A stretch of DNA of 63,376 nucleotides, the filler included, from Ministeria vibrans ATCC 50519 (Eukaryota > Protista > Filasterea), in assembly GCA_943704425.1 (NCBI GenBank). It is 5 parts of 5 records of this genome, joined end to end, with 100 filler letters (N's around TTAATTAATTAA, not from the genome) between each part and the next. Parts side by side here need not be neighbours in the genome. Positions count along the whole stretch, not along the records: positions 1 to 22,935 come from CALSCP010002371.1; 4 more parts are not named here. One strand, 5' to 3'. Both the position numbers and the translations under genes were made by a program. The notes beneath the pieces were generated by a model. The model did no database searches. It saw only the letters and a list, made by a program, of their open reading frames with translations, and had not been told where the DNA came from. The number at the start of each line of letters is the position of its first letter. Positions within the stretch are counted from its first letter, which is position 1. Positions 1-10,556 of the stretch are shown one piece after another.

Positions 1-1577
1 CAGTTCAACCACCGCCAAGTGACCGTTCCCACTGGCGTATCGGATGGCGTAATTGTCGTTGGCTGCCGGATCGACGCGACTGTCCGCTAGCAACAGCTGA
101 ACCACCGCCAAGCGACCGTTCAAACAGGCGTATTGGAAGGCCTTATTGTTGTTGGCTGCTGGATCCACACGATTATTAGCTAGCAACAGGATTGTTGTTG
201 GCTGCTGGATCCACACGATTATCCGCTAGCAACAGGTAAACCACCGCCGAGTGACCGTTCAGACTGGCGTATCGCACAGCTTCATTTTCGTTGGCGGCAG
301 GGTCAATTCGAGCATCTGCCAACAACAGTTCAACCACTGCCGAGTGACCTTTGGCACTGGCGTATCGGATGGCCTCATTGTCGTTGGCTGCCGGATTGAC
401 GCGACTGTCCGCTAGCAGCAGTTCAACCGCCGCTGGGTGACCGGTCTCACTGGCGCATTGTATAGCGTCATTGTGTCGTGGGCTGCCGGATCGACGCGAC
501 TGTCCGCCAGTAGCAGTTCAACCACCGCCAAGTGACCGTTCCTACTGGCGCATTGGATGGCGTAATTGCCGTCGGCGGCAGGGTTAATCCGAGCATCGGT
601 CAGCAACAATTCAACCACTGCNNNNNNNNNNNNNNNNNNNNNNNNNNNNNNNNNNNNNNNNNNNNNNNNNNNNNNNNNNNNNNNNNNNNNNNNNNNNNNN
701 NNNNNNNNNNNNNNNNNNNNNNNNNNNNNNNNNNNNNNNNNNNNNNNNNNNNNNGCAGCAGTTCAACCACCGCCAAGTGACCGTTCCTACTGGCGCATTG
801 GATGGCGTAATTGCCGTCGGCGGCAGGGTTAATCCGAGCATCGGTCAGCAACAATTCAACCACTGCCACCTGGCCAGCCTCACTCGCGCGTCCGATTCCG
901 TTTGTTTTCGTCGTCGACGGGTCCATTTCGCTAAGAAGACGCCTCACTGTCTCTTCCATGCTACACCCGCAAGCATACTCAAACAAGTCCCCAACCTTCA
1001 TCGCACTCACGTCCACTCTTGGGTGCTCCAGTATCAACTCCCCTATCGACCATTGACGACCGTCTAAAGCGCACTCCAACAAACTCTGACTGTCTCCAAT
1101 TTCCAAATCGCGCTGTGACAAAATCTCAATGACAATGTCGGCCCGTTCTGCACGGCATGCGTGCTTCAACACATCTGAAAAATTGGGTGCAGCTGGATGA
1201 ACACATTGCGCAAGGAGCGACATGAGGCGAAAGAGAGAACAGGCCATCGCGTCAGACAGCAAATGGCGAACAGTCTCAGAAGACATGCGACGCGCACCAT
1301 GCCATTTCGGGGGCGGACGCCGCGTGCTCAGACGCAGCAGAACCTCCAGTGCGCCCGCTGCATCTGTGTCGACGTAAGAGGTCTTCGCCTGTGGCAGTGT
1401 TGTGAAACCCGTCAAAGAAACAATTTCGCGCGACTCGTGGCTGACGCCTGACAAAGCCACAGCCGCTTGTGGGGTACACCAGCCAACAATGACGCATTTG
1501 CAATCGAATAAAAGTCGTTCAATTACAAGAGTGAAAACAATAGTTATGAAACTTGAAGAAAAATGAAGATCGAACAT
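1..1577 (-). pseudogene. Intronless ankyrin-repeat protein (possible degenerate N-terminal F-box), frameshifted repeat array; runs off window start
   Basis: Tandem ~34-aa repeats (DPAAxDNYAIxxASxNGHLAVVELLL) from about 870 down to 1; 2-nt insertion near 476 and a 46-nt duplication at 145-236 break the frame; N gap 622-754; start codon uncertain. Confidence 0.7.
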
Positions 1578-1616
1578 TCAATCATTTGGCCTTTCACACT
1601 TTTATTTGAAATCACA

Positions 1617-2883
1617 ATGGACGGCAAACCCCTGACTCTCTTTGAGCCGCTCACCGACCTGTTTCAGCCAGCGCTGGCTCTTCTGCCCGAAGGCTGGGTC
1701 GGCGACACCATTCTGGTGTTTGTTTGGATCTTTCTGTTCTGGCTGGCGAATCAGATTCTGATCTTGGTCGGTTGGCTCAAGGACGACCCGACGGGCCGCT
1801 ACTTCACGCTCCATGTCATCTGCAATCTTATTGTGACCATTGTGTATCTTGACGATGTCTTCTACTCGTACTGGTATCCCTCAACCGCCTACATTGGACC
1901 AACGGATCGAAGCGTACGACTGATCATCGCTTGTTCTTCGCTGTGACGCGCACCCGCCCCCATTCCTCTGCACATGCGGTGTGTATGTTGATCCCCTCTC
2001 TTCTTCGCCCTCTGCCGCGTCGCCCTTTGGCGTTCTTCCCGTCTTTTGCGATGGGTGTTGTTGTCATCTTTGCCCATCACGTGAATTTCGCCCTCACTGC
2101 GAATTCGACCTCGGATCGCTGATCCACGCACGCCATGGTGCATTTGATAGATTTTATGATGTACACACGGCAAAACCGGCGCACTTATACCCCGGACTAA
2201 CATTCTGTGTTTTTTTTTTTTTATGACTGTAGGGAGTTATAGTCATTGCTGCGCTGCACATTACGCACACGCTCTTTTGGTGGCCTCTCAACTCGGTGGA
2301 CCTGAATCATCATGTAGTCATGGTGTTTGTGATGCTCCCCGTCGCCGTCGCCCTCAACCCAGGCTACTTACTTGGCCACGGAGCGTTTTTCTCGTCGGGT
2401 TTGCCTGGCGGTATTGACTGTAAGATCAAACTTGTGTGTCTTTATTGTACTTTTTTTTTTTTATTGTTCTGAACTCTTCTCTCTTTTGTCTGTGTAGACT
2501 TGATGCTGGTCTGCGTGAAAAAGGGCTGGATGAAGAGCATCACGGAGAAGCGCTACAACTCGACGATTCAGCTTTGGATTCGCGCGCCCGGCTGTGTCTA
2601 CCACACGCTCCTCTCGTGGATCTGCTACGTCGAGGGTTCGCGCTCTCTCGAGCTCGGCACAAACCCCTGGGTGGTAAGTTGTGTATGGGAATTTCTCTTC
2701 CGCTTTGCTCACACTATGAATGTTTTCAAAAAGGGGTATCTTCCGGACTTTCTGACACTGCCCGGGACACTTCTGGTCATGGCCACATTCTACTGGAACG
2801 GACTCTACTTTGGCGGACGGGTTCTGCGCAACGTGGGAGCTAAGGAATACGAACTGGCCCAGAAGAAAGCAAAACAGTCATAA
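1617..2883 (+). CDS. TLC (TRAM/LAG1/CLN8)-like membrane protein, 4 exons
   Basis: Spliced product has several TM segments and the motifs YFTLHVICN, DLNHH, SGLPGGIDY-LML, IQLWIRAPGC, FYWNGLYF; GT-AG introns. Confidence 0.7.
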
Positions 2884-2959
2884 TCACAATTGTAGTGCCG
2901 ATTTTATATCATTGAGTCAATCAGAGTGTGCGTCAGTGTCAGAGCGTGAGTGAATGAAT

Positions 2960-2989
<30 letters not shown>

Positions 2990-2994
<5 letters not shown>

Positions 2995-4867
2995 GAGCGG
3001 GGAGCGACGAGGACTGGACACTCATGGACTCTTCCAGCTGTTTCTGACGCCGTTGGTTGATTGCGTCCGTGTCATGTTCCTTCACTTTGATGTGAGCGCT
3101 GATTTTGCTGAGAAGCTCTGTGGTATCACTGACTGAGCTCTATATAAATAGGGAGTGAGTCTCATTGTATGTATGTATGTGTGTGTGTGTGTGTGTGAGG
3201 GTGTTTTGTTGTGTGTGGTACATTGAGGAGATAGACAGTGACCGAGTTTGTAGTGTGGTTGAGTGCAGTGATTCTGAGGCTCTTTTGAGTGGCGCGTTCG
3301 ACAGCCATATTATCAAAAAGGGCAATGTTGAGGATGAGCCGACTGGTGCCCGTCGTGTGCATCACTGTCGAAGAAAGATGGAAGAAAGAAACAAAGCATT
3401 AGACAGTGGTAGAAAGAAGGGAGAAAGAAACAAAGTGAATGGAGAGAAAGAAAAAAGGTGATGGCGGGAAGGGTAGGAGGCAGTCCCAAAGGAAGTGGAA
3501 GACCTACCCTTCCCCCGCTATCACCTTGCTTCTTTTTGTCACAGTTGATCTATGAGCAATCTGACACCACACAGGCACATACACTCTATCTCATCCACCA
3601 TTGTACATACCCAATCGGAATGCGTTTGTGTCAATGAGCCGACACAGTTTGACTCGGCCCTCTCCCCGTTCCTTCCACGAATTGTTCTCAGAGTAAAACT
3701 CAAACAGTTTACTCCGCGTCTGAATGAGAGACAAATAATAAATAATGAGAGAAGAGGGAAAGGAGGGAGAAGAACCAAAAGAAAAACAAAGAAATAAAGA
3801 AGGAAAAAAGAAACAAAGTGATCGAATACGCGAGGGTAGGAGCGTAGCATATCTCACCTCAAAGAGAGTAACGTCCTTTGGCTCATCGACTGGAACAACA
3901 ATCGGAAGCGATTCACTAGATTTTGAGGTTTCTGTTGTGCCCTTTTCGCTTTCCTTGTCCTTCTCCTTCGTTTCTCCTTCCGTCTTTTCCTACAATTAGA
4001 GTTTTAATACGTCGTTGAGTAGATATCCTTTTTGAAGCTCGTACTGCTCGTTCTGCTATTGACTTTCCAAAGAGAAACGACGATTTGGATTCAGACGACT
4101 TTGTGTCGGAAGCCTACGCGATCAAACAATAAGACACTCACCAGCCTCAGTCTGTCGGTCTCTGTCTTGTCTCTGTCTCTCTGTCTCTCTATCTCTCTCT
4201 ATCTCTCTGACGGTCTCTGTCTTGTCTCTGTCTCTCTGTCTCTCTATCTCTCTCTATCTCTCTGACATCTACTGACCGTTACTCGATCGGCCATTGATTT
4301 TCCAAAGGCAAATGCGGGCGGTGCCTTTGCGTCGGGTGTGCCCTCGGCTGGAGACGCACTATTCGCCGCTGACGCAAATGCCCCAAATCCTTTGCGTGCG
4401 CCGCCCGAAGAGGCGCCGACGCGGACCGCCGCCTTGAGGAAGTAACTCCCTGAGCCTGCTTTAGAACCTGGGTGGGAGAAAGGCAGATCGAAATGAAGAG
4501 CGAATTGGAGAGAGAGAGAAAGAGAGAGTGAGTGAGAGAAAAAGACAAAAAAAAAAAGGGAAAACAATGAAATGTCGTACTGTCGACAGCGTGCAAGCCA
4601 AAGGCGGGCATCTTGGGCGTGTCGGCGGCATCCTTTGCGCCATGGGCGGACGGCTGCGCGTCTGCGCCTGTGGTGGCTGCGCAGACAGTGAGACAGAACT
4701 TGGAAACATTGTCTTTCGCTCTTACACGCCTCCGCCGCGCCCTCCGAGCCCGCCTGCACGACCGACGCGACCGAGTCGGCACCGGCAACCATCCGCGTGC
4801 GCTTGGACGACGGCTGGTCGTCGTCGTCGCTCTCATTGTCTGCAGTGCGTTTGATCGTCTCTGACAT
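2990..4867 (-). CDS. Ran-binding domain (RanBD1) protein, RanBP3/Yrb2/Nup50-like, multi-exon
   Basis: N-terminal NLS-like KR...SKRTR; FAFG/FLFG motifs; RanBD signature SKLFEF..NNSWKERGEGRVKL and RLILN. Confidence 0.75.
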
Positions 4868-5059
4868 GGTTGCCTTGGCGTTTGTCTGCTCCTTCGCTTG
4901 TCTCCACACTCGTTTGTTAACGACAGAACGCGTAAAAAGAGAGGAGGACAGAGTCAATTTTTTAGTCTTCAGTGAATAGTTAATAGTTAATAGAGAATTT
5001 CAATTCATGATAATCATCCAAGATTACATTTTTCTCTCTCTCTCTCTCTGAGCATCGGC

Positions 5060-6768
5060 ATGAGCAACTCGACTCTGTGCCACTGCGTGCCTCTCTCAGT
5101 GGACGGTCATATGTATGATCAGGAGATCGGGACGCTCTTTGGCGACTGGTAGGGGATCGATAAGAATACAGCGATCAGTGTGACACGCGAATGGTTTGGT
5201 TTGCTGCAGTGTCTACATCGCCGCCGATTACGCCTCCTTTGCGCTTGGTTGGATGAACATTGCCTTTTGGGTGGTCGCCACCATGCCTCAGATGTGGACC
5301 AACTACAAGTTGCAGGTGAGTGAGTGAGTAGTGATTTGGCGCGTTTTCAGCTCACCATCTTCTGTCTTTTGCTCGTGCGCAGCGCGTCGACGGCCTGAGT
5401 CCCGGATTGCTCATCCAATGGTTGTTAGGCGACGTGACCAACCTAATCGGATGCATATTGACCAACCAGCTGCCCACACAGCTGTATACGAGGTAGAATG
5501 TTGGAAATCCCGTGCTCTCTCTCACTCTCTCTCTCTCTCTCTCTCTCGCTCACGCGCCTTCCTCCAGCATCTATTTTGTCATCTCAGATGCCATGCTGCT
5601 CACCCAGTACGCATACTACCGCATACTCAAGCCGCGCTGGCTGCGGCGGCCCCGTAAGCTCGCCACACTCGCGTGCGTCGTCTTCTTCTGCACCGTCCTG
5701 GCTCTGCAGCACCCTGCCCACCACAGCGCCCTCTCGTCGCCCTCAGCGCTCCCAGGACGCACCCTCCTGCACTGGCAAAGCATCACGTCCTCATCGCAGT
5801 CGTCGCTCTCGCCCCTGTGCGACTTTATCCCGCCCGTCTCCAACACGGTGCGCATAGTCGGCAGCGTCATGGCCTGGATCTCCGGCATCCTCTACTTCAC
5901 TTCCCGAATTCCACAGGTATTTTCTTTGCTTACTCTTCTTGTTCTTCTTGTTCTTCTTGTTCTTCTTCTTGTTCTTGTTCTTCTTGTTCTTCTTGTGCTT
6001 CTTGTTCTTCTTGTTCTTCTTCTTCTTCTTCTTCTTGTTCTTGTTCTTCTTCTTCTTCTTCTTCTTCTTCTTCTTCTTCTTGTTCTTCTTCTTGTTCTTC
6101 TTGTTCTTCTTCTTCTTCTTCTTCTTGTTCTTGTTCTTGTTCTTCTTCTTCTTCTTCTTCTTGTTCTTCTTCTTGTTCTTCTTGTTCTTCTTCTTCTTCT
6201 TGTTCTTCTTCTTCTTCTTGTTCTTCTTCTTCTTCTTCTCTTTCTTCGTGCGTGTTCTTCTCTCTTTGTGTATCATAATTTTTGTGAATCTTTTTCTCTT
6301 TCTCGTTCTCACCTCATGTCTTGTTTTAGGTGGTTCAAAATCAGAAGCGAAGAAGTGTCGAGGGTCTCTCCTTAGGAATGTTCTTTTGTTCCATTTGCGC
6401 CAATACAGTAAGAAAAAACACGTCGAAAAGCGCTCCTTGTCTTCACCCACTCTCCTTGGCTGACACTCTCACTCACTAATGACTCAATGATACCCGTCTC
6501 TCTCACGCATGCTATCACTTTGTTTTTTTCTCTCTCTCTATCACCTTTATCACTTTTGATTCTTTCTACTGCCTTGCAGTGCTACGGTCTATCTATTATC
6601 ATCCGACTGCCAACCATCAATGCTCAGTTCTTCGAGTCGACTCTCCCGTACATTATCGGCTCAATCTGTACACTCGTCTTCGACTTTACCATCATGATTC
6701 AAGCGTGGAAGTTTGGCCGGAAGAAACTGTCGGGAGACGACGAAGGAGAATACCAACCCATCTTGTAA
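5060..6768 (+). CDS. PQ-loop lysosomal/vacuolar cationic amino acid transporter (PQLC2/Ypq-like)
   Basis: Two PQ loops (ATMPQMWTNY, FTSRIPQV); GLS..LIQWLLGDVTNLIGCILTNQLPTQ; LPYIIGS..TLVFD; C-terminal EYQPIL sorting-like motif. Confidence 0.85.
5930..6240 (+). repeat. Intronic (CTT)n/(GTT) trinucleotide microsatellite
   Basis: Directly visible; produces spurious poly-L/K/S/F ORFs. Confidence 0.95.
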
Positions 6769-6977
6769 CAATAACACTTTATTTTGTTTGCCAACTCAAT
6801 ACTGTTGAAAGGAACTCGAACTCTAATTGTACGGCAATTTTGAGTATTTTACTAAAACTAATACTAGTAATAACGACAACAACAACAACAGCAACAACAA
6901 CAATAATAATAATAATTTCTTCAAGATAAGAGCCAACACTCCTTGAGTGATTTTCCTTCAGCGCAACTCAAATAGGG

Positions 6978-8438
6978 TCACATTAACCGTCCCAGACTAC
7001 TGACTACTCCGTACTCCGTACTCNNNNNNGAAGTACTTGGTATCAAGAAACAAATGCACTGCTTTTGTACAGCCCATTTTTGGAAGTCTTTGGGGACTTT
7101 CTCATGCTCATACACTATCGACATTTCTCTCTCAATCGCACTCTCACTCTTTCCCTCTCGCAACATTGCACTCCGCACACACCCACTGTACACGCTCTTC
7201 CAATTCGACGCCAACACAGTGCTAGTGAACTCAGAAGAGTGACGAGTGCGCAGGTGAACACGCAGTTTGCCTGCATCTAAGGCTGATAGCGAGCAGATGG
7301 CACATCGAGTGCGATACACACTCAGCACATGATACCGACTGAAATGATCACCCACACACCCCTTTGTGAATGGTGCAAAGTCACACACTTGCCGGTCGCA
7401 CCATTCGACATTTGGCCCGACCATTGGACAGTCGCTCAAACGACGCATCAAGATCCACCACACCACAACCACTCCCCTCTTCCTTCTGCGCACGCGACAA
7501 CCAACCAGCAAACGACGACGGCACTCGCTCACTCTCACGCAACAACTGCAGCTCACGCACAATCACAGACTCATTCGCACTGCGCTCCTCCAGTTCACTC
7601 ACTGCGCACAAGTGAAGAGTACGCTCTCTGCCAGTCACAGCCAAGAGTGAATACATCCCTGTGCGATTGCAGCAGGTGGTGCTTGAAATTGAACCCGTGT
7701 GGCGACACATCCTCCTTGCACATCACACAGTTGACACGGAACACACTTCGAGGATGGCAGTTTGAGAAATGCTTCCCAACCCGCCCAGACGCAAATCCCA
7801 GTCCCGCACACACTCGTCCATCCACAAGTCGACACCGACACCGCACCCTGCCATTCCCCAGCATCTCAAACACACTCGTGTCCTCCTCATCCACCCTCTC
7901 GCCCCGTGCCATCGCCAACCAAATCACAAATCCCATTGGGACTCGCTCGAACTCGCCACGACCAAACACCTTGGCCACTTCTCCCTCAACGTCCTCCTCT
8001 TCTCCGTCGCGCTCCAATGCCGCGCGCACCTCCCGCAGGTAGACTGTCTTCCATCCTCCGTCCTCAATGGACTGCGTTCCATGACGGTGGCTGTGAATGT
8101 GTTGCTGTGGTGTGAAGCAACGTGACGTTTGAGGTGGTTCGCACCAACTACGAATTGCAGTCGACACAGACGAGACGGTGCTTGCTCGTGGAATGTGAGT
8201 CACGGAAATGTTGATACACATCTTCGCCCACAAACCCGTGCGACCGACACGCCCGCCCGTCCGCCACAAACCAGCGACACAGAACCTTTCCGTTGGCGCC
8301 CAATGAGACATATTGATCGAGATCGTATCGTGGCGGATCGACACGGTATCGTTCGCCCTCGTACGACATCATCAGCTCCATGTTGGACGCGTATGCACGG
8401 CCGGCCGCCACTGCAACGCGGTCCCACGGTTCGCTCAT
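6978..8438 (-). pseudogene. Intronless protein of three tandem units (paired C2H2-like zinc fingers plus helical segment), 4 frameshifts
   Basis: Homologous units spread over ORFs 8148-8441, 7595-8344, 7381-7710 and 6978-7562; frame changes near 8152, 8069, 7598 and 7399. Confidence 0.65.
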
Positions 8439-8541
8439 CAATAAAAAGTTTAATCAAAATAATAATAATAATAATAATTATGAATGAATAATGACTAAAA
8501 TATATTATATACAAAACAATGAAAACATTCATTTTTTCTCC

Positions 8542-9573
8542 ATGCGCTCTCTCGGTGTCGTTGTTCTGGCGGCCACTCTCGCAGTGGCCAGCGCCCAGTA
8601 CAACTCTACGTGCGACCCTGGTTCACCCGAAAAGTTCTACAACCAATCGGTATGGGCCTCCCCACACGCCAACACGTCGCCCCTGTGTCGCGGGACCACT
8701 CACACCTGTGCTGCTCTTTTGTCGATGTGTGTGTGTGGTTTTTGTTTTTGTTTTAGGTTAAGCTTTTGTCTGGTGACACTTTCAACTTTACCTCGTTCAA
8801 AGGAAAAGTCACTCTCCTCGTGAATGTCGCGACCTACTGAGGGGAAACCGTCATCAACTACACCCAACTCAACGAACTCTACGACAAGTACCACGCGCGA
8901 GGCCTGGAGATCCTTGGGCTGCCGTGCGCGCAGTTCTTCAAGTGAGTGCGCGTCATCCAAATCCATTTGCCGCACTCCACTCACTCCGTCTCCCTCTGCT
9001 GCAGCCAAGAGCCCGGCGAGAACAACGAAATCCTCAACGGCCTCAAGTACGTGCGTCCCGGTAACGGATTTGTTCCCAAATTTCCTCTCACTGAGAAGGT
9101 AAGTTTGTGCATTAACTGACTGACTGGTTGCGAACTTGGCACAATCAAAGAGTCACACTGCACCGCTGTAGATTGAAGTGAACGGCCCCGATGCGCTTCC
9201 CGTGTACAAGGTATGAGGGTAGAACAGAGATAGACCCGTTCGCTAATCATAATAATCATTGTTATTTTAATCATTGTGTTATTCTGTTACAATTGCAGTA
9301 CATGAAAGAGACATGTGGACCGGCCAACCCGTCGATTGGTGCTACAGTCTACATCTCATGGACTCCTGTGCTCATTGTCGATGTCGCATGGAACTACGGT
9401 AGAATAATATCGAATCACTTATCGCTAAGCCTAACCTGTCTTCACTTTCACCTTATACTTTTACAGAGAAGTTCCTTGTGAGCCGTTCGGGCGTTCCTTT
9501 CAAGCGCTATGACACTGCGTCAAACCCGAACACGCTCTCGCATGACATTGAGACGCTCCTCAATCAATCTTAA
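8542..9573 (+). CDS. GPX: Secreted selenocysteine glutathione peroxidase (GPx1/3-type)
   Basis: Signal peptide; [15 protein letters not shown](8838-8840)[13 protein letters not shown]; [13 protein letters not shown]; [12 protein letters not shown]; WNYEKFLV. Confidence 0.92.
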
Positions 9574-9620
9574 ATCAATCAATATCCCTCTCTCTCTTGT
9601 TTCTTTCTTTTGTTGGTGTT

Positions 9621-9691
9621 TCATTTTTCTCACTGTGATCTCGTCAGTTGAAACGTTCTTTGAACGAAACTGTTCGTTTGATGTGATATGA
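9621..9691 (+). promoter_or_regulatory. Candidate type II SECIS element (GUGA core)
   Basis: GTGA(9635)-12 nt-AAA-minihelix GTTC/GAAC-AACTG pairing with CAGTT-TGA(9679); in the 3' UTR of a UGA-containing GPx; lower helix imperfect. Confidence 0.55.
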
Positions 9692-10167
9692 TCAAAACCA
9701 CTTTTGTCATCTTTTTTTGTGTTAGAGTTCAAAAAAGTAACAATTTGCGTTTTGTGTTTTCGTCGCTGGAAAATGTAATTCGAATGAAAAAGGAAAAGAG
9801 TTAAGAGGATTGGTTTACAAATAATCAAAATATTATACTCAACATCATTATTATGAAGAAGACAAGGACTCAATTCTTATTGTCACGTACCGAGGGAATA
9901 ACACTTTTTCGATCAAAAGTCTTATGCACAAATTTAGGACAGTCGTTTTCTCGTCGTTGAATGTGCATTCTATATCATGATCAAAAAAAGTCAGCATTTC
10001 GGAAATTCCCCCTATCACAAAGAGCTAGCTATGATGAATATTTCAATAATTTTGCAAAGATCAATGATACTCATCAAAACAAAATAATTAATAATAATAA
10101 TTATTATTATTATTATTATTATTATTAAATTCAAAACATCAAAATATTCAATGATCAAAGTTTTAGC

Positions 10168-10469
10168 ATGTCTGGCCAAGCTCGAAGCGTTGCCATCCCA
10201 CTCACCGTCACGGTGGCGATCGTGGGTGTGTTGGGGATGGTGGTGTTCCAGACGCACGTCGCAGACCTGCCAGGCCGTGTGGAGCGTGTTGAGCTGCGGC
10301 AGGAGAGGTCGGCGATGAATGCGAATGATGTGCGCGCAACCGTCTCTGTCGACCGCGACGGCACTCCGCTGCTGCAGGGCAGCGACGAGCTTGCCTTTGC
10401 CCTTGCTCTGGGCTTTGCCCATGCCCGCGACCGTCTTGTGCAAATGTTTCTGACCGTATGATTAACAAA

Positions 10470-10556
<87 letters not shown>

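Noticed and set aside
510-870. Identical sequence on both sides of an N gap (also 47227 versus 47310)
   Set aside because: Typical scaffolding overlap in repeats; cannot be counted as real duplication
5791-6463. Long poly-K/F/L/S ORFs (also poly-I/N at 17401-17796 and ER/SL/VC/HT ORFs elsewhere)
   Set aside because: Translations of intronic microsatellites
8838-8840. In-frame TGA as evidence of a genetic-code change or pseudogene
   Set aside because: Occurs only at the GPx catalytic site in two genes with SECIS candidates; TGA terminates other genes (for example KRI1 and the RBR ligase)
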